The notes under the pieces are model-generated. The model did no database searches. It worked only from the letters and a program-made list of their open reading frames with translations, and was not told the DNA's origin. Positions 16,845-28,000 of a DNA stretch of 49,148 bases are shown here, piece after piece; the first letter of the stretch is position 1; the number at the start of each line of letters is the position of its first letter. A program made the translations under genes and the position numbers. Source of the DNA: an uncultured bacterium (GTDB lineage Bacteria; Desulfobacterota; Dissulfuribacteria; Dissulfuribacterales; UBA3076); contig CBETWD010000002.1 in assembly GCA_965539945.1 (NCBI GenBank), forward strand, positions 1 through 49,148. Direction: 5' to 3'.

Positions 16845-17261
16845 ATGGCAAAATTAACACAGGACATGAAGGACATTATGGGAAAGAGCAGGGGGTATGC
16901 CGTGGCCACATGTGACAAGGATGGCGTTCCAAACGTGGTCCCGATTCATTTTGTCAAGATCCTTTCGGATGATGAGATCATGATGGCTGATGTGTTTATG
17001 AAAAAGACATTAGAAAATATTAAGCAAAGACAAGTCATGGCTGTCTCCGCATGGGATTATGAAGTCAAGCCTCGCAAAGGCTTTCAGTTCAAAGGGACCC
17101 CCAGAATCGAGACATCAGGCAAGATTTACGACATGGCGGTTGAGATGGTTAAGGCGGAAAAACCCGACTTGACAGCGAAGTCGGCTGTTGTGCTTAAAAT
17201 TACGGATATCTTTGTTACCTCTCCCGGCCCAAATGCCGGGAAGAATGTGAATGAGATTTGA
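16845..17261 (+). CDS. Pyridoxamine 5'-phosphate oxidase-like (flavin-binding split-barrel) family protein
   Basis: The ATG at 16845 is preceded by AAAGGAGG. MAKLTQDMKDIMGKSRGYAVATCDKDGVPNVVPI is typical of this fold. The ORF track starts upstream at 16776, which is unlikely. Confidence 0.7.
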   Translation: MAKLTQDMKDIMGKSRGYAVATCDKDGVPNVVPIHFVKILSDDEIMMADVFMKKTLENIKQRQVMAVSAWDYEVKPRKGFQFKGTPRIETSGKIYDMAVEMVKAEKPDLTAKSAVVLKITDIFVTSPGPNAGKNVNEI

Positions 17262-17365
17262 AGGCGATAGAAATAGTGTCTGACAGGGTGGTGAAAAGAA
17301 AATGAAAGGATAGGTTGCTTTTTTTCTAAATTTTTGTCCTAATAGAGGAGGGCGCATTGATAAGA

Positions 17366-17453
17366 GCCCGGGTGGTGAAATTGGTAGACACAAGGGACTT
17401 AAAATCCCTCGGTATAATATACCGTGCCGGTTCGACTCCGGCCCTGGGCACCA
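17366..17453 (+). tRNA. tRNA-Leu (anticodon UAA), CCA encoded
   Basis: It folds as a cloverleaf. The acceptor stem is GCCCGGG/CCTGGGC and the D arm is GTG..CAC. The anticodon stem AGGGA/TCCCT carries the loop CTTAAAA. There is a long variable arm, and the T arm is GCCGG-TTCGACT-CCGGC. Confidence 0.95.
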
Positions 17454-17507
17454 ATTAAAAAAAGCTGGGCCAAAACGACCCCGCCTCTGATCAATTTTCC
17501 ATAAGTA

Positions 17508-17549
17508 AAGGCTCCACTGCCATTAGACAGTGGAGCCTTCTTTATTATT
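17508..17549 (+). terminator. Rho-independent terminator after the tRNA (possibly bidirectional)
   Basis: The 12-bp stem aaggctccactg/cagtggagcctt has an 8-nt loop and is followed by CTTTATTATT. Confidence 0.7.
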
Positions 17550-17626
17550 GAGTCCGGTTGTTGCCTGGGGCATGAAGCACGTCACGTCTCCAGTATAAGT
17601 GTCATATTATAATATTTAGTTTTGCA

Positions 17627-19324
17627 CTAACTACCAAACCTTACTGCATCGGCACAGGTACTTGTAGAGCCGCCTTCAGAGACGATTACTATCTTTGCTG
17701 TGCCGCTAAAGGTGTAATTGCCCAGTACATTCCATTTCCCGCCATTGGCCTTTTGGTTTACCTCTACGGTATCAAGCAGGGTATCCCCGTCGTATATTCT
17801 TATAGGGACACCGGTGTTTCGACTCGGCCATTCTGTCCACCACAGCGAGACTTCACAGGATCCGTTGATAGGAGCACTAAAGGTGTATGTGGCGCCTGCT
17901 GTTCTGCTGTAAAGCGATTCAGCTCCATAGGGATTTTCACCTCCGGATTTATACCAGTTTCCAGTAGATGATGTACCGGCTTCATCGTTATCGACGATCA
18001 CCTCTGAGGGAGGAGTTGGAGGAGGAGTTGGAGTTGGAGGTGGGGGAGCAGTAGCAGTACCAAACCTTACTGCATCGGCACAGGTACTTGTAGAGCTGCT
18101 TTCAGAGACGATTACTATCTTTGCTGTGCTGCTAAAGGTGTAATTGCCCAGCGCATTCCATTCCCCGCCATTGGCCTTTTGGTTTACCTCTACGGTATCA
18201 AGCAGGGTATCCCCGTCGTATATTCTTATAGGGACACCGGTGTTTCGACTCGGCCATTCTGTCCACCACAGCGAGACTTCACAGGATCCGTTGATAGGAG
18301 CACTAAAGGTGTATGTGGCGCCTGCTGTTCTGCTGTAAAGCGATTCAGCTCCATAGGGATTTTCACCTCCGGATTTATACCAGTTTCCAGTAGATGATGT
18401 ACCGGCTTCATCGTTATCGACGATCACCTCTGAGGGAGGAGTTGGAGGAGGAGTTGGAGTTGGAGGTGGGGGAGCAGAGTCCACCTGAGCAAGGTATATT
18501 TCCGCTGAATTACCCTCACCAGCCATCCAAGCGATATAATTTCCGCTGATACAGGGGTATCTGTCATCCAGGTTATTATTGGTAACCTGTTCAAAGCCGT
18601 TTTGACCATTTTTGCGAATAATGATATCCCAGCCCGAACCATCATTCCACATTGAGACGGTTAGATCTCCATCAGTCTGCGGGCTGTCCTTCCAGATGAA
18701 ACCTTCAGAGGCTTCCTGTGTAGTTCCTTGAGAGATATCGTGAATAAACAAGACGCTGTTATCCGCCCCATCGGTCTGAATCCAGATAACAGACTCGCTG
18801 TTAATCCTGGGGGAACTGTCATCCTGTTGATTGTGAGTGAGTTGATCGTGTTGTCCTGTATTAATGTCATAAATCTTAATTTCTCCAGGTTCAACTGAGT
18901 CTGTAACCTGGTGTGATGCCCATACAACCCGGCCGTCTGCAATCTGTGGAGGTGAATCCACGTTACTATCGTTGGTGATTTTAGTGGTTTCCTTGGTCGC
19001 TATATTATATCGAAAAATCTCACCGCCTTGATTGCAGGCACCGAACCAGACCACATATTCACCGTCTGTCCGGGGTGAAATGCTGTCGTAGTTATTGTTC
19101 GTAATCCGGGTAGTCTCTTCATCTTCTATGTTGTATAAGAAGATCTGCCAGTGGCCGTTCTCATGCCCTTGCCAGACCACATAATCGCCATTGATATTTG
19201 GAAAACTATCATTATAGGAATTTGATGTAACCTGGGTTGTGGTGGTGTCAGCCTGGGCTGAGACATTCAAGCCCATGACAGTGATAAATGATATTATTAA
19301 TGAAATAAGTATTTTTCTTTTCAT
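17627..19324 (-). CDS. Secreted beta-propeller-repeat protein with two tandem near-identical C-terminal beta-sandwich (golvesin-C-like/carbohydrate-binding-like) modules
   Basis: The signal peptide is MKRKILISLIISFITVMGLNVSAQA. About six repeats of type D..SP.I.G.YVVW follow. Two 142-aa modules come next, each preceded by a PPPPTPTPPPTPPSE linker. The module family name is from memory and unverified. Confidence 0.7.
   Translation of the reverse strand: MKRKILISLIISFITVMGLNVSAQADTTTTQVTSNSYNDSFPNINGDYVVWQGHENGHWQIFLYNIEDEETTRITNNNYDSISPRTDGEYVVWFGACNQGGEIFRYNIATKETTKITNDSNVDSPPQIADGRVVWASHQVTDSVEPGEIKIYDINTGQHDQLTHNQQDDSSPRINSESVIWIQTDGADNSVLFIHDISQGTTQEASEGFIWKDSPQTDGDLTVSMWNDGSGWDIIIRKNGQNGFEQVTNNNLDDRYPCISGNYIAWMAGEGNSAEIYLAQVDSAPPPPTPTPPPTPPSEVIVDNDEAGTSSTGNWYKSGGENPYGAESLYSRTAGATYTFSAPINGSCEVSLWWTEWPSRNTGVPIRIYDGDTLLDTVEVNQKANGGEWNALGNYTFSSTAKIVIVSESSSTSTCADAVRFGTATAPPPPTPTPPPTPPSEVIVDNDEAGTSSTGNWYKSGGENPYGAESLYSRTAGATYTFSAPINGSCEVSLWWTEWPSRNTGVPIRIYDGDTLLDTVEVNQKANGGKWNVLGNYTFSGTAKIVIVSEGGSTSTCADAVRFGS
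17632..18477. repeat. Tandem duplication, 2 x 426 bp period (17632-18051 and 18058-18477 aligned)
   Basis: The two units differ at only 6 positions. All 6 differences fall in the first ~115 bp of the unit, and the remaining ~305 bp are identical. Confidence 0.95.
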
Positions 19325-19348
19325 GACTGCAATTCCTCCTTTATCAGA

Positions 19349-21550
19349 TTACCAATTGATGGGATCAGACCCGCCATATGCGCCCATGTCGTTATTGTCG
19401 TCTCCAGCGTTTTCCGCCGGTGAGCCTGACAGCAGATGGTAATTGTCATTGGCTGCATCCACAAATAATGGGTTGGCAAATATCTCACCAAGGTTTTCTC
19501 TACAACCTCCCAGTTGCATTAATATGCAAAAATACGGCGGGCCAATACAGGTGTCAGTATCTATTCCATTGTTGCGACACAGAAGGTTAAAGTCCCGATT
19601 TTCAGGGCAGGCATAGCTAGTCCCGATTTTGACATTGATACCGGCCTTTACATTATTTGTGCAGATGTTGTTTTTGATCGGTATATCATCTGGAGCATAA
19701 CCGCCGGGGCTGTCATTAACCGCACCTGCGAGGTCGTCATATACAATGCCGGCTCCTCTATCCTCTTGGCCGTTTCCAACCACAGTATTATTGACTATTT
19801 GACCGATATAATCTCCAAACCTGATGCCTGCCATGTAGTTTCCATAGACCAGATTATTATTAATGATGCCATCGGCGTGTCTTACGTCAATACCACCGCC
19901 GTAACCAGTCTGCCCATTACGATAGACCTTATTCTGTCTGATGGTGAGGAGAGCATCACCAGGTATCCCGGTGAAACCACCGCCATCTGCTTCATCGGTT
20001 CCGGTATGTATTCCCCCGCGGGCATTATCATAGATTTCATTCCTGGTGATTTCCAGCGTACAAGCACCTCTAATTGCGATCCCTGCCCTGGTGTTTTGAT
20101 AGATATTATTTTGATCAATGGTCACATCATCGCTTTCGTTGATGTCTATGCCGGCATAGACATTATTATAAATATCATTCCCTGTAACAGTTAAGTGGTT
20201 AATAACTGAGGAGGGTCCGTAATCAGATATTCCAGCCATACCATTGCCATAGATGTCGTTTTCTTCGATGTTTACTGAGTCAGCACTTGCGATATGTATG
20301 CCTGCCTTGGTGTTCTCCCGGATAGAATTGTTTGCGATAGTTGCAGTGGACCCTGAATGATTTATATTGATTCCAGCAAATTGATGTTGAGTGCCATTCA
20401 AATAGATATCATTTCCAGTTACAATTAGTGAACTGGCACCCGCATTATGTATGCCCGCCTGTCTATTCTCATGAATGAGGTTATCTTTTATGGTTAGCTG
20501 ATCGGTACCGCTCATAGTCCTTATACCGCCCATGGCATTACTATATATGTCGTTATTCTCAATAACGGCATTGCTGATCCCATCCAGCCGTATCCCTGCT
20601 AAAGAGTTCCCATATATAATATTATCGATCAGTGTACCGCTTTCACCGATAGTTACGTTAATTGTTCCTGAATCACTAGCAGTACGTTTCATGCCTATGC
20701 CGGCTCTGCCGTTATCTCTAATGATATTCCCTTTAATAGCCGGTATGTTCAGGGTGTCACCATTTGCCTCGATTCCAAAGCCATAACTCCCTATCCCTGC
20801 CTGATTATTTTCAAGGAGGATATTGTTTTCAATTGTGGGCGAAGCGTTCCCCATCAATCCAATGCCCGGGGCATCATCATCCTCTTGATCACCACTTATA
20901 CCACAGCCCCAGATCTCATTAGATGTAATTATTGCATGGCTGTTCGGGCCGTTTCCTATACCCGGGCCCTGGACACTATGGATGAGATTCTTTTCAATGG
21001 TGGGGCTGACTTCTGCGCCGAAACCCTGTAGACCGATGCCGCCGCTGTGACCAATACCCTCATTGTTGCGGATGATATTATTCCGGATGATCGGTGACCC
21101 ACCCCCAACTCTGATTAGAAACATATCAGCCACGCTGGCATTTTCGATAGTAAACCCGTCCAGAATAACTTCAGTATCAAGATCAGGGATTCTTACCACG
21201 CTGTCTGAGCCATTTCCGTGAATAATGGTCCGGGTGGCCCTCTCTAGCGCTGTGGTTGTGTGGTCGCTACCGGTATAGGATGTGGCTGTATCAGCTCCCT
21301 CGCTTACCACATTAATACCTTTTATTATGCCAATATTTTCGTAGTAGGTCCCTGCTCCCACAACTACTCTATCACCTGGAGATGCCATAATGATGCCAGC
21401 CTGGATAGATGTGCAATCACAGCCTGAAGAGCAGACGGTTATATCGGCTGCCACAGCCGGATTAACAATCAGAAACCCTCCCCACAGAAAGAAAAAAATT
21501 GAACAAAGCGTACTGAGAATTATGCCTCCCTTAGGTTGCCTAAATTTCAT
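19349..21550 (-). CDS. Secreted right-handed parallel beta-helix (PbH1/NosD-like) repeat protein
   Basis: The ATG at 21550 is preceded by AGGAGG with 7-nt spacing. The signal/anchor is ILSTLCSIFFFLWGGFLIVNPAVAA. There are many repeats of type N.I..N...GI. Confidence 0.8.
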   Translation of the reverse strand: MKFRQPKGGIILSTLCSIFFFLWGGFLIVNPAVAADITVCSSGCDCTSIQAGIIMASPGDRVVVGAGTYYENIGIIKGINVVSEGADTATSYTGSDHTTTALERATRTIIHGNGSDSVVRIPDLDTEVILDGFTIENASVADMFLIRVGGGSPIIRNNIIRNNEGIGHSGGIGLQGFGAEVSPTIEKNLIHSVQGPGIGNGPNSHAIITSNEIWGCGISGDQEDDDAPGIGLMGNASPTIENNILLENNQAGIGSYGFGIEANGDTLNIPAIKGNIIRDNGRAGIGMKRTASDSGTINVTIGESGTLIDNIIYGNSLAGIRLDGISNAVIENNDIYSNAMGGIRTMSGTDQLTIKDNLIHENRQAGIHNAGASSLIVTGNDIYLNGTQHQFAGININHSGSTATIANNSIRENTKAGIHIASADSVNIEENDIYGNGMAGISDYGPSSVINHLTVTGNDIYNNVYAGIDINESDDVTIDQNNIYQNTRAGIAIRGACTLEITRNEIYDNARGGIHTGTDEADGGGFTGIPGDALLTIRQNKVYRNGQTGYGGGIDVRHADGIINNNLVYGNYMAGIRFGDYIGQIVNNTVVGNGQEDRGAGIVYDDLAGAVNDSPGGYAPDDIPIKNNICTNNVKAGINVKIGTSYACPENRDFNLLCRNNGIDTDTCIGPPYFCILMQLGGCRENLGEIFANPLFVDAANDNYHLLSGSPAENAGDDNNDMGAYGGSDPINW

Positions 21551-21898
21551 AATTTCGCCTCCTTTTTGTTTCATTAGTATGAAACCGACTCTTGTCCATA
21601 ATATTTAAAATTTAACCTCTTCTAAATGATAACATCGCAAAAATCCCTATCAACGAACAAAGACGTCAGTGTTTGCAACTATCGTAAAAAATGATGTATA
21701 TTTACCTCTTACAATATTAAATATAGCAGTTACTCAATGGATCTTCAACCCAAATAATTCATTTCCCTGTTTTAGTCGACCCGAGGTGTTACTAATTCTG
21801 ATATTGTGCTACAATAGAATAGTACAGCAGGCAAATCATTCCCGGTCAAAGACTTGCTGCATACATAATCCGGGTTCAAGTAATTCGGTTGAGAGGAT

Positions 21899-23146
21899 CT
21901 ATTTGTGGGTAGGAACTAATCTTCGGATGGCCTTGATTCGCTCAAGGACGGGCGGATGACTGTAGCCCATGAAGACCTTGAACGGATGTGGTGTGAGATT
22001 AGAAAGGTTGTCCACACTCAACTTTTTCAGCCCGTTGATCATGGCATCAGCATCTCCGTATGTCTCCACGGCAAAGGCATCAGCTTCATACTCGTTTTTT
22101 CTTGAAATAATGTTCTCCACGAGTCCTATCAACATCGCGATGGGTGTATAGAGGAAACCAAAGAAAAAAAGACTGGCGTAAACAGACAGGTGCTCCATTT
22201 TGAACGCAGCAAACAACTGTTCATTCTCCATAAAAAGGGATAGCAGAAAAAGCGTCAGTCCCATTATAATTATTGACCTGGCTATTGCCTGGACAATATG
22301 TTTTTTCTTGTAGTGCCCCATTTCGTGCGCGAGGATCGAAACAAGCTCATTTACAGAGTGCTTCTCTATTAATGTGTCGAACAGCACAATTCGGCGTAAA
22401 CGCCCGAAGCCGGTGAAAAACGCGTTGCTTTTGGACGATCGCTTGGAGCCGTCCATCTTGAAGACGCCCTTCATCTTGAAATTCTGCGCCTTGGCGTAAT
22501 TTTCAATTGCAGTCCGCAACTCACTTTCTTCAAGCGGCACAAACTTATTGAAAATAGGCATGATAACCACAGGGGCAATAAACATGAAGAAAATCTGGAA
22601 CAACGTAATCGCCACCCAGCAATAAATCCATGCCGGGTTGCCGGTTTTTTCAAAAAACCAGAGAACAGCGGCAAACACGATTCCACCGATCAAAGCGGTC
22701 AGTATTAATGATTTAACAATATCCAGCAAGTATGTCTTGGGCGTGGTCTTGTTAAAACCGTATTTTTCTTCTATCACAAAGGTATTGTATATGGAAAACG
22801 GCAGGCTCAGGATCTTGCTTGCAAAAATCAGTATTCCCGCAAAGACGAGTCCTGTAAGAATTGGCCCCTGCCCAAGGCCTATTGCTATCCGGTCTACAAA
22901 ATTGAAACCGCCAACCAGAACAAACACGATTGTTATAAGTGTCTGGAGTGTGTCTACGCAGATTCCGAATCCGGTGTTTTCCCGCAGGTAATTCTGTGAT
23001 TGCCTGTATTTCTCAGCATCATAGTAACCTTTAAACTCCGCCGGAAGCTCAGTCGATACGTGTCGGACGTTCAGCCAGTCCGAGACCAGATCAAGCAGGT
23101 AACGGATGACAAGAATCAGCAGGATGACTATAAGATAAGTGTTCAT
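21899..23146 (-). CDS. M48-family (Ste24/HtpX-like) membrane zinc metallopeptidase
   Basis: It has HEMGHYKKKH (HExxH) and multiple TM segments. The likely start is MNTYLIVILL at 23146, while the ORF is open to 23218. Confidence 0.88.
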   Translation of the reverse strand: MNTYLIVILLILVIRYLLDLVSDWLNVRHVSTELPAEFKGYYDAEKYRQSQNYLRENTGFGICVDTLQTLITIVFVLVGGFNFVDRIAIGLGQGPILTGLVFAGILIFASKILSLPFSIYNTFVIEEKYGFNKTTPKTYLLDIVKSLILTALIGGIVFAAVLWFFEKTGNPAWIYCWVAITLFQIFFMFIAPVVIMPIFNKFVPLEESELRTAIENYAKAQNFKMKGVFKMDGSKRSSKSNAFFTGFGRLRRIVLFDTLIEKHSVNELVSILAHEMGHYKKKHIVQAIARSIIIMGLTLFLLSLFMENEQLFAAFKMEHLSVYASLFFFGFLYTPIAMLIGLVENIISRKNEYEADAFAVETYGDADAMINGLKKLSVDNLSNLTPHPFKVFMGYSHPPVLERIKAIRRLVPTHK

Positions 23147-23489
23147 ATAGATTTCTGATGTTGCCAAAAGGAATTCGTATTTTCCCGGGTCTGTCAGGCA
23201 AGTGATGTTATATACCACGAGGCAGTATTTATGGCACGGATAGAAATGAATCAGTGATTAAATAATAACCAGACTGTTGCTGGAAATAAAAAAATTTTTT
23301 CATTGAAGGGAGATAAATTACTCCTATTTTTTTCTCTTATCTAAATTTCGGTACGGCACAGGAAAATTTCGCTCTTATTTTGTTTTTTAAAACGGTATGA
23401 ATCTTGCGACTTGGTAGGTATTTACAAGATAAGTCTGATTATAGAGGTCTACACGTATCATGTTTTAAGGAGGAAAGCAGCTATTTTTT

Positions 23490-23978
23490 TTGCATACGAT
23501 CATGAACGATTTAATTGCTCATTCACTAGAATACAAACAAAGATGCCGCTTTGATCGCAGGAAAGCAAGAGTATCAATATTTTCCAGGCATTGGCTGACA
23601 GGAAGGCGCAAAGCAGTCAGAAGGGAGCCCGATAGGCAAAAGTCCTATCAAATTGATACATACGGCCCCAAGACCCTTGCAGCCATTTTAATCATTATTA
23701 CACTCAGCATTTTAGATGCACTATTTACCCTTTTTCTGATTAGCCACGGAGCAACAGAAGTCAACCCGATAATGGCCTATTTTTTGGACATGGGACCATC
23801 TGTGTTTATTGCGGCGAAATATGTGATGACTGCCGTTTGTCTCATACTTATATTAGCTATTAGAAATTTCTACTTGTTTAATACCAAAGCCCGAGTAAAA
23901 ATTCTGTACATTTTCTTTATGATTCCTTTTGTTTTGGTTGTTAAATGGGAGATGTATTTAATCATCTTCGCAATTTAG
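23490..23978 (+). CDS. DUF5658-like small membrane protein with a basic Arg-rich N-terminus
   Basis: The N-terminus contains FDRRKARVS..GRRKAVRREPDR, followed by three hydrophobic segments. The start is uncertain: TTG at 23490 or ATG at 23502. Confidence 0.6.
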   Translation: MHTIMNDLIAHSLEYKQRCRFDRRKARVSIFSRHWLTGRRKAVRREPDRQKSYQIDTYGPKTLAAILIIITLSILDALFTLFLISHGATEVNPIMAYFLDMGPSVFIAAKYVMTAVCLILILAIRNFYLFNTKARVKILYIFFMIPFVLVVKWEMYLIIFAI

Positions 23979-24012
23979 GGTCCGAATTTATCCCCGTCCG
24001 TGAAATTCTATC

Positions 24013-24948
24013 CTACGAAGGTTTTATATCTACATTCTTGAGATAAGGGACTTTTTTCTTTAATGTGTCCTCCATCTCGTCTATCTTTGCCCCTACTGTC
24101 CTGGTGATTCTGTTGGAAAAGGCTGCGCAGAACTGCAGGAAATCGCCAAATGTCTCAATCCCCCGGAAGTCATCTCTCAGGCTGTCCTCCATTTCCTCTA
24201 TGAGGAGATAGCCGTTAAACTCGACTTCAGCACGGATCCGGTGCTCGTACGGTGTCAGGACGATCATCCGGATGTCCTTGATATCTTCCACGAGCGGAAA
24301 AGAGGATAGCTGCTTTCTTGCTTCATCTTGCAGTTCTTTAGGAGAGGCCTTTTCAATGAGATTATGCAGATTCTCCCGCATAAGAACTATTGCAATGACT
24401 GCCAGGATGATACCTATGATTATCGACCCGATGGAGTCCCAGTAGACCTTACCTGTATATTTTGTGAGAAACAGGGTGATAGCAATCAGGATCACTCCAA
24501 AGACCGCTGCGCTGTCCTCCATGAGTACTGCCAGGTTTGCAGTATCCCCCTTTTTTCTGTCAAGCCAGGCAACTACCAGTGAACCTCCTTCAGCCAGAAA
24601 GGATATCGCAAGGACAATGACTGTCCATTGATTGATTTCAGGCTCGTAGGGATGGAAGAGTCCGTGGATGCCGTGATAGATGGTGACTCCGGCACCTACA
24701 AAGAATACGCCGCATGCGGATATAAGCCCCCAGACAAACCGCTCCTGACCTCTTCCAAAGGGAAATTTACGGGATGGACCAATGCGACTTCTGCGAATAC
24801 CTATCCACAGCAAGGCCTGGTTTGCAGTGTCAGCCAAAGAGTGTATGGCCTCTGCGAACATAGATGCACTGCCTCCCGTCAAGGCGACAATAAACTTCAG
24901 ACAGCAGACCAGGGCGTTAGAGCTAATAGCTACCTTTACTGACCTCAT
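24013..24948 (-). CDS. Cation diffusion facilitator (CDF) family metal efflux transporter
   Basis: 311 aa. It has the HSLADTANQ motif, six TM segments and a C-terminal cytoplasmic domain. Confidence 0.88.
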   Translation of the reverse strand: MRSVKVAISSNALVCCLKFIVALTGGSASMFAEAIHSLADTANQALLWIGIRRSRIGPSRKFPFGRGQERFVWGLISACGVFFVGAGVTIYHGIHGLFHPYEPEINQWTVIVLAISFLAEGGSLVVAWLDRKKGDTANLAVLMEDSAAVFGVILIAITLFLTKYTGKVYWDSIGSIIIGIILAVIAIVLMRENLHNLIEKASPKELQDEARKQLSSFPLVEDIKDIRMIVLTPYEHRIRAEVEFNGYLLIEEMEDSLRDDFRGIETFGDFLQFCAAFSNRITRTVGAKIDEMEDTLKKKVPYLKNVDIKPS

Positions 24949-24969
24949 TTTTCATATTCCTTAAATTTC

Positions 24970-25030
24970 CAAAAAAGAAAAGTTTCGCGCAAAGGCGCAA
25001 AGAAAATCAAAAAAAATTTGTGCCTTTGCG
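24970..25030 (-). terminator. Rho-independent terminator after the M1/ChaN/PDZ gene
   Basis: The hairpin arms are 25017-25030 and 24988-25001 (14-bp arms, one mismatch). On the minus strand it is followed by TTTTCTTTTTT. Confidence 0.7.
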
Positions 25031-25041
25031 TTCTGAGTAAG

Positions 25042-28000
25042 TTATTTATTTCTGCTTCCCTTACTGGAATGGTGAAACGACATTTTCAGAGGTTTAAAAG
25101 GCCCTACTGTAAGTTCAAGGACCTTGTCGCGTGCAAACCTTTTTATTCTTTTGACTCCGATTTTTGCGGTGTCCCCCTCCTTCTTAAAAAGCAAGGCGAG
25201 CTTGAGGTCGGAAATGTCCTTAACAGGCTCTCCGTCAAAGCTCAACACCAAATCCCCGGACTTCAGGCCGGATTTCTGTGCAATACTGTTATGCATGACT
25301 TTCTTCAGCACCACTCTATTGTCCTCATCATTCAGAATTACTCCCAGCTTGGCGGAAAAGGGCGGCTGTACCATAGGAGGGAACAGGAAGAAGTCTGCCA
25401 TGTCCTGTTCTATGCTATCACAGGTTGCATTAGCTATTATTATTGCCTGATCGTATTTCCCGCGCCTGCAAGTCCTTGAGGGGATACCGTCGCCAAAGGC
25501 AATGTGTCCGTTGCCTGCAAGCACCACCATCTGACGGTCCGGATTATTGCTCAGGTAATCATGGACGCTCTGCGCCATTGTTTCATCCCAAAGGACCTGG
25601 GCCTGATAAAAGTCGTCAAAATTTTCGACTTTGCCTTCAGGGTGTTCTTTAAAAATTTGTCTTAAACGCGTTTTATAGACTGTATTTGACCAGTCAAGCT
25701 CCACCGGCACCTGCTCCAACTCTTCGTCTGACAGGGACTCAAGGCCCTTTCTTGCCACCTTTTTTGAAATTTCCGCCGGAAGGTTGAGCGCCAGTATCGG
25801 AATACAATGCTCCTTGCAGTATTCTATGATCGGGCGGTAGATGTGATAATCATACCTCCATCTTTTAAGGTACTCGCTCTCTTTCAGGAAGGTCTTTTCG
25901 TCTATTTGACCGTCCAGATACCTGTCAAGTACATCCTGAAACGGGCGCTGGAACATCTCCATGCCTACTGCAATGTTGCGATTCTGTCTGTCGAGTCCCT
26001 GGATGACCCTCAGTTGGGCCATGTGATGGCTAAACCTGTCGTGACGTTCTCCAACATAGATCACCCGCTTTTCAGATACGTCGTTGATTATCCGGTCCAC
26101 CGGAGAAAGATCGCTGGCAGCAATCCCCATAATTTCATTTTGCAGTGCCAGGCGTATTCCATTCTGAGTGCCTGCTGTGTGTTTTTCCATCAGTTTGCCG
26201 TCCTTGAACCTTAATGTGCTGTAGGACCCGTAGTGAGTAAGTTTTCTTAAGATAAGCTCCAGTTCTTTTGAAGAACCGGCCTTTACCAGGGCCACAACAT
26301 CTGTTGGGTTTATGGGATTTTCTTTAATAGTGATGATGACTCCACTGTCCGGGCCAGGCATTTCCCCAGTCAGTCGTTCAAGCCTCGGAGCAGGGTCTCC
26401 CAGTATGAGCAAGGAGCCTTTGTTCAGGTCTGAGTCAGTCAGGCTGTCAATGTTTTTTTCTTCCAATCCCAGTGATTGAAGAAAAACAGCAAATTGACCA
26501 TAGATTTCCGGACTTTGCGAAGGGAGTACAAAAAACTTGTGTTCTGATCCCAGGAGGCGGGAGAGCACAGGGGGAAACTCAGAGGAATCCAATTTGCGCA
26601 TTAGATCGTAGTCCGGGTCCAAAGTCACGCAAAGGGGCTGCCCTTTGACTTTGATTTCCACAGATTCCTTTTCAGTCTTTACACGGACACTGCGGCGCAC
26701 TTCCCCGGATGTGGTTTCTAATACCAGGGGCACCAACAGGGAGTAAGGGCTTTCCGTACCTTGGTGTATAGTCACTTTTAGGTTTTGAAGCCCGCTGCCC
26801 GGATAAGTGATATTTTCCTTGCTAATGGTGAGTACCGGCACGTCTTTTCTCTCAAGCCATTGGTCAAAAAAGACAGATAGGTCCTTTTTGCTTGTATCTG
26901 AAAAGATGGTTTCCAATTCGCTCCAGCCAGCCATCTTGAACCGGTAATCCAGGACAAATCTTTTCAGAGCCTTGTTAAAGGTATCTTTACCTATCTCCTG
27001 TTCCAACATGTGAAACAACATCGCCCCTTTGCCATAACCTACGGCCTTTGAGGCTCTGTCTGTCCTGAACCTGAACTGTGCAAGGGACATGGCCTTGTCT
27101 TTATGGACGTAGCTCTGGTAGTCCACAAGCAATCGATGCCTGTAGTCGCTGCCCCGGTCTTTCTGTTTTTCATACAGGTAGTCTGCCAGGTATGTGGTAA
27201 GTCCTTCACTCCAGTTACCTTCTTTTGGGTCCGCATAGACAGAATTTCCAAACCAGGAGTGGAGTATCTCGTGGCCCAGGGAGGTGTCAACAATGAATGG
27301 GAGTCTTGCCACCTCTTGTCCGAGAAGGGTGTAAGTGGGGAGGCCATAGCCCGTAGGGGCACGGTTTTCCACTATTGCAAATCGCTTAAACGGGTATGGG
27401 CCGAGGATGCCTTCATAGAGATCAAGATAGTGTCTGGACTTGTCAATGTATTTCTGGGCGAGTTCTTTATCCTCAGGGAAAAAGTATGCTGCAATCTCAA
27501 TACCCTTGTGACGTTCCAGGCTGACCTGATACGGGCCTGCAACCAGTGAAATACCGGTCCTTGGATGGGGAAATTCAAAGGTATAGATACTTGTCTTTTC
27601 CCTGTATTCCACCTTCACGGCATCTGCCTCGGATATGGCCTTAAAATAAGCAGGCACCGCGGCTTTGAGTTCGTAGCGGGCAAGCCCCTCCAATGTCGGA
27701 CACCAGCCATCAAGCAATACAACGCCTTTTGTGTCTATGAAGCTATCCGTCATTGTATGGTCATTTTTTGCGCCGGTCCCGGGGCTCAAGTGTGGAAAAT
27801 TTCTATGAAATTGAATCCTGAGCAACCTGTTTCCGCCGGAAGCTACAACACTAAACGAGTCTTCTTCAATGGTAGGATTTATGGTTTGCCCCGCAAGGGT
27901 GACACGGTCTAACTCCACGCCTCCCACATGTATCCGCACAGGTTTTTCCATGGGGAGTTCTGTTGAGGCCTTTCCCTTTGTCCGGCGGTTTTCCATATCC

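Noticed and set aside
17632-18477. The near-identical repeat pair as a diversity-generating retroelement TR/VR pair
   Set aside because: Both copies are in-frame parts of one ORF. The 6 differences are C/T and A/G transitions in both directions, not adenine-specific. No reverse transcriptase gene is nearby.
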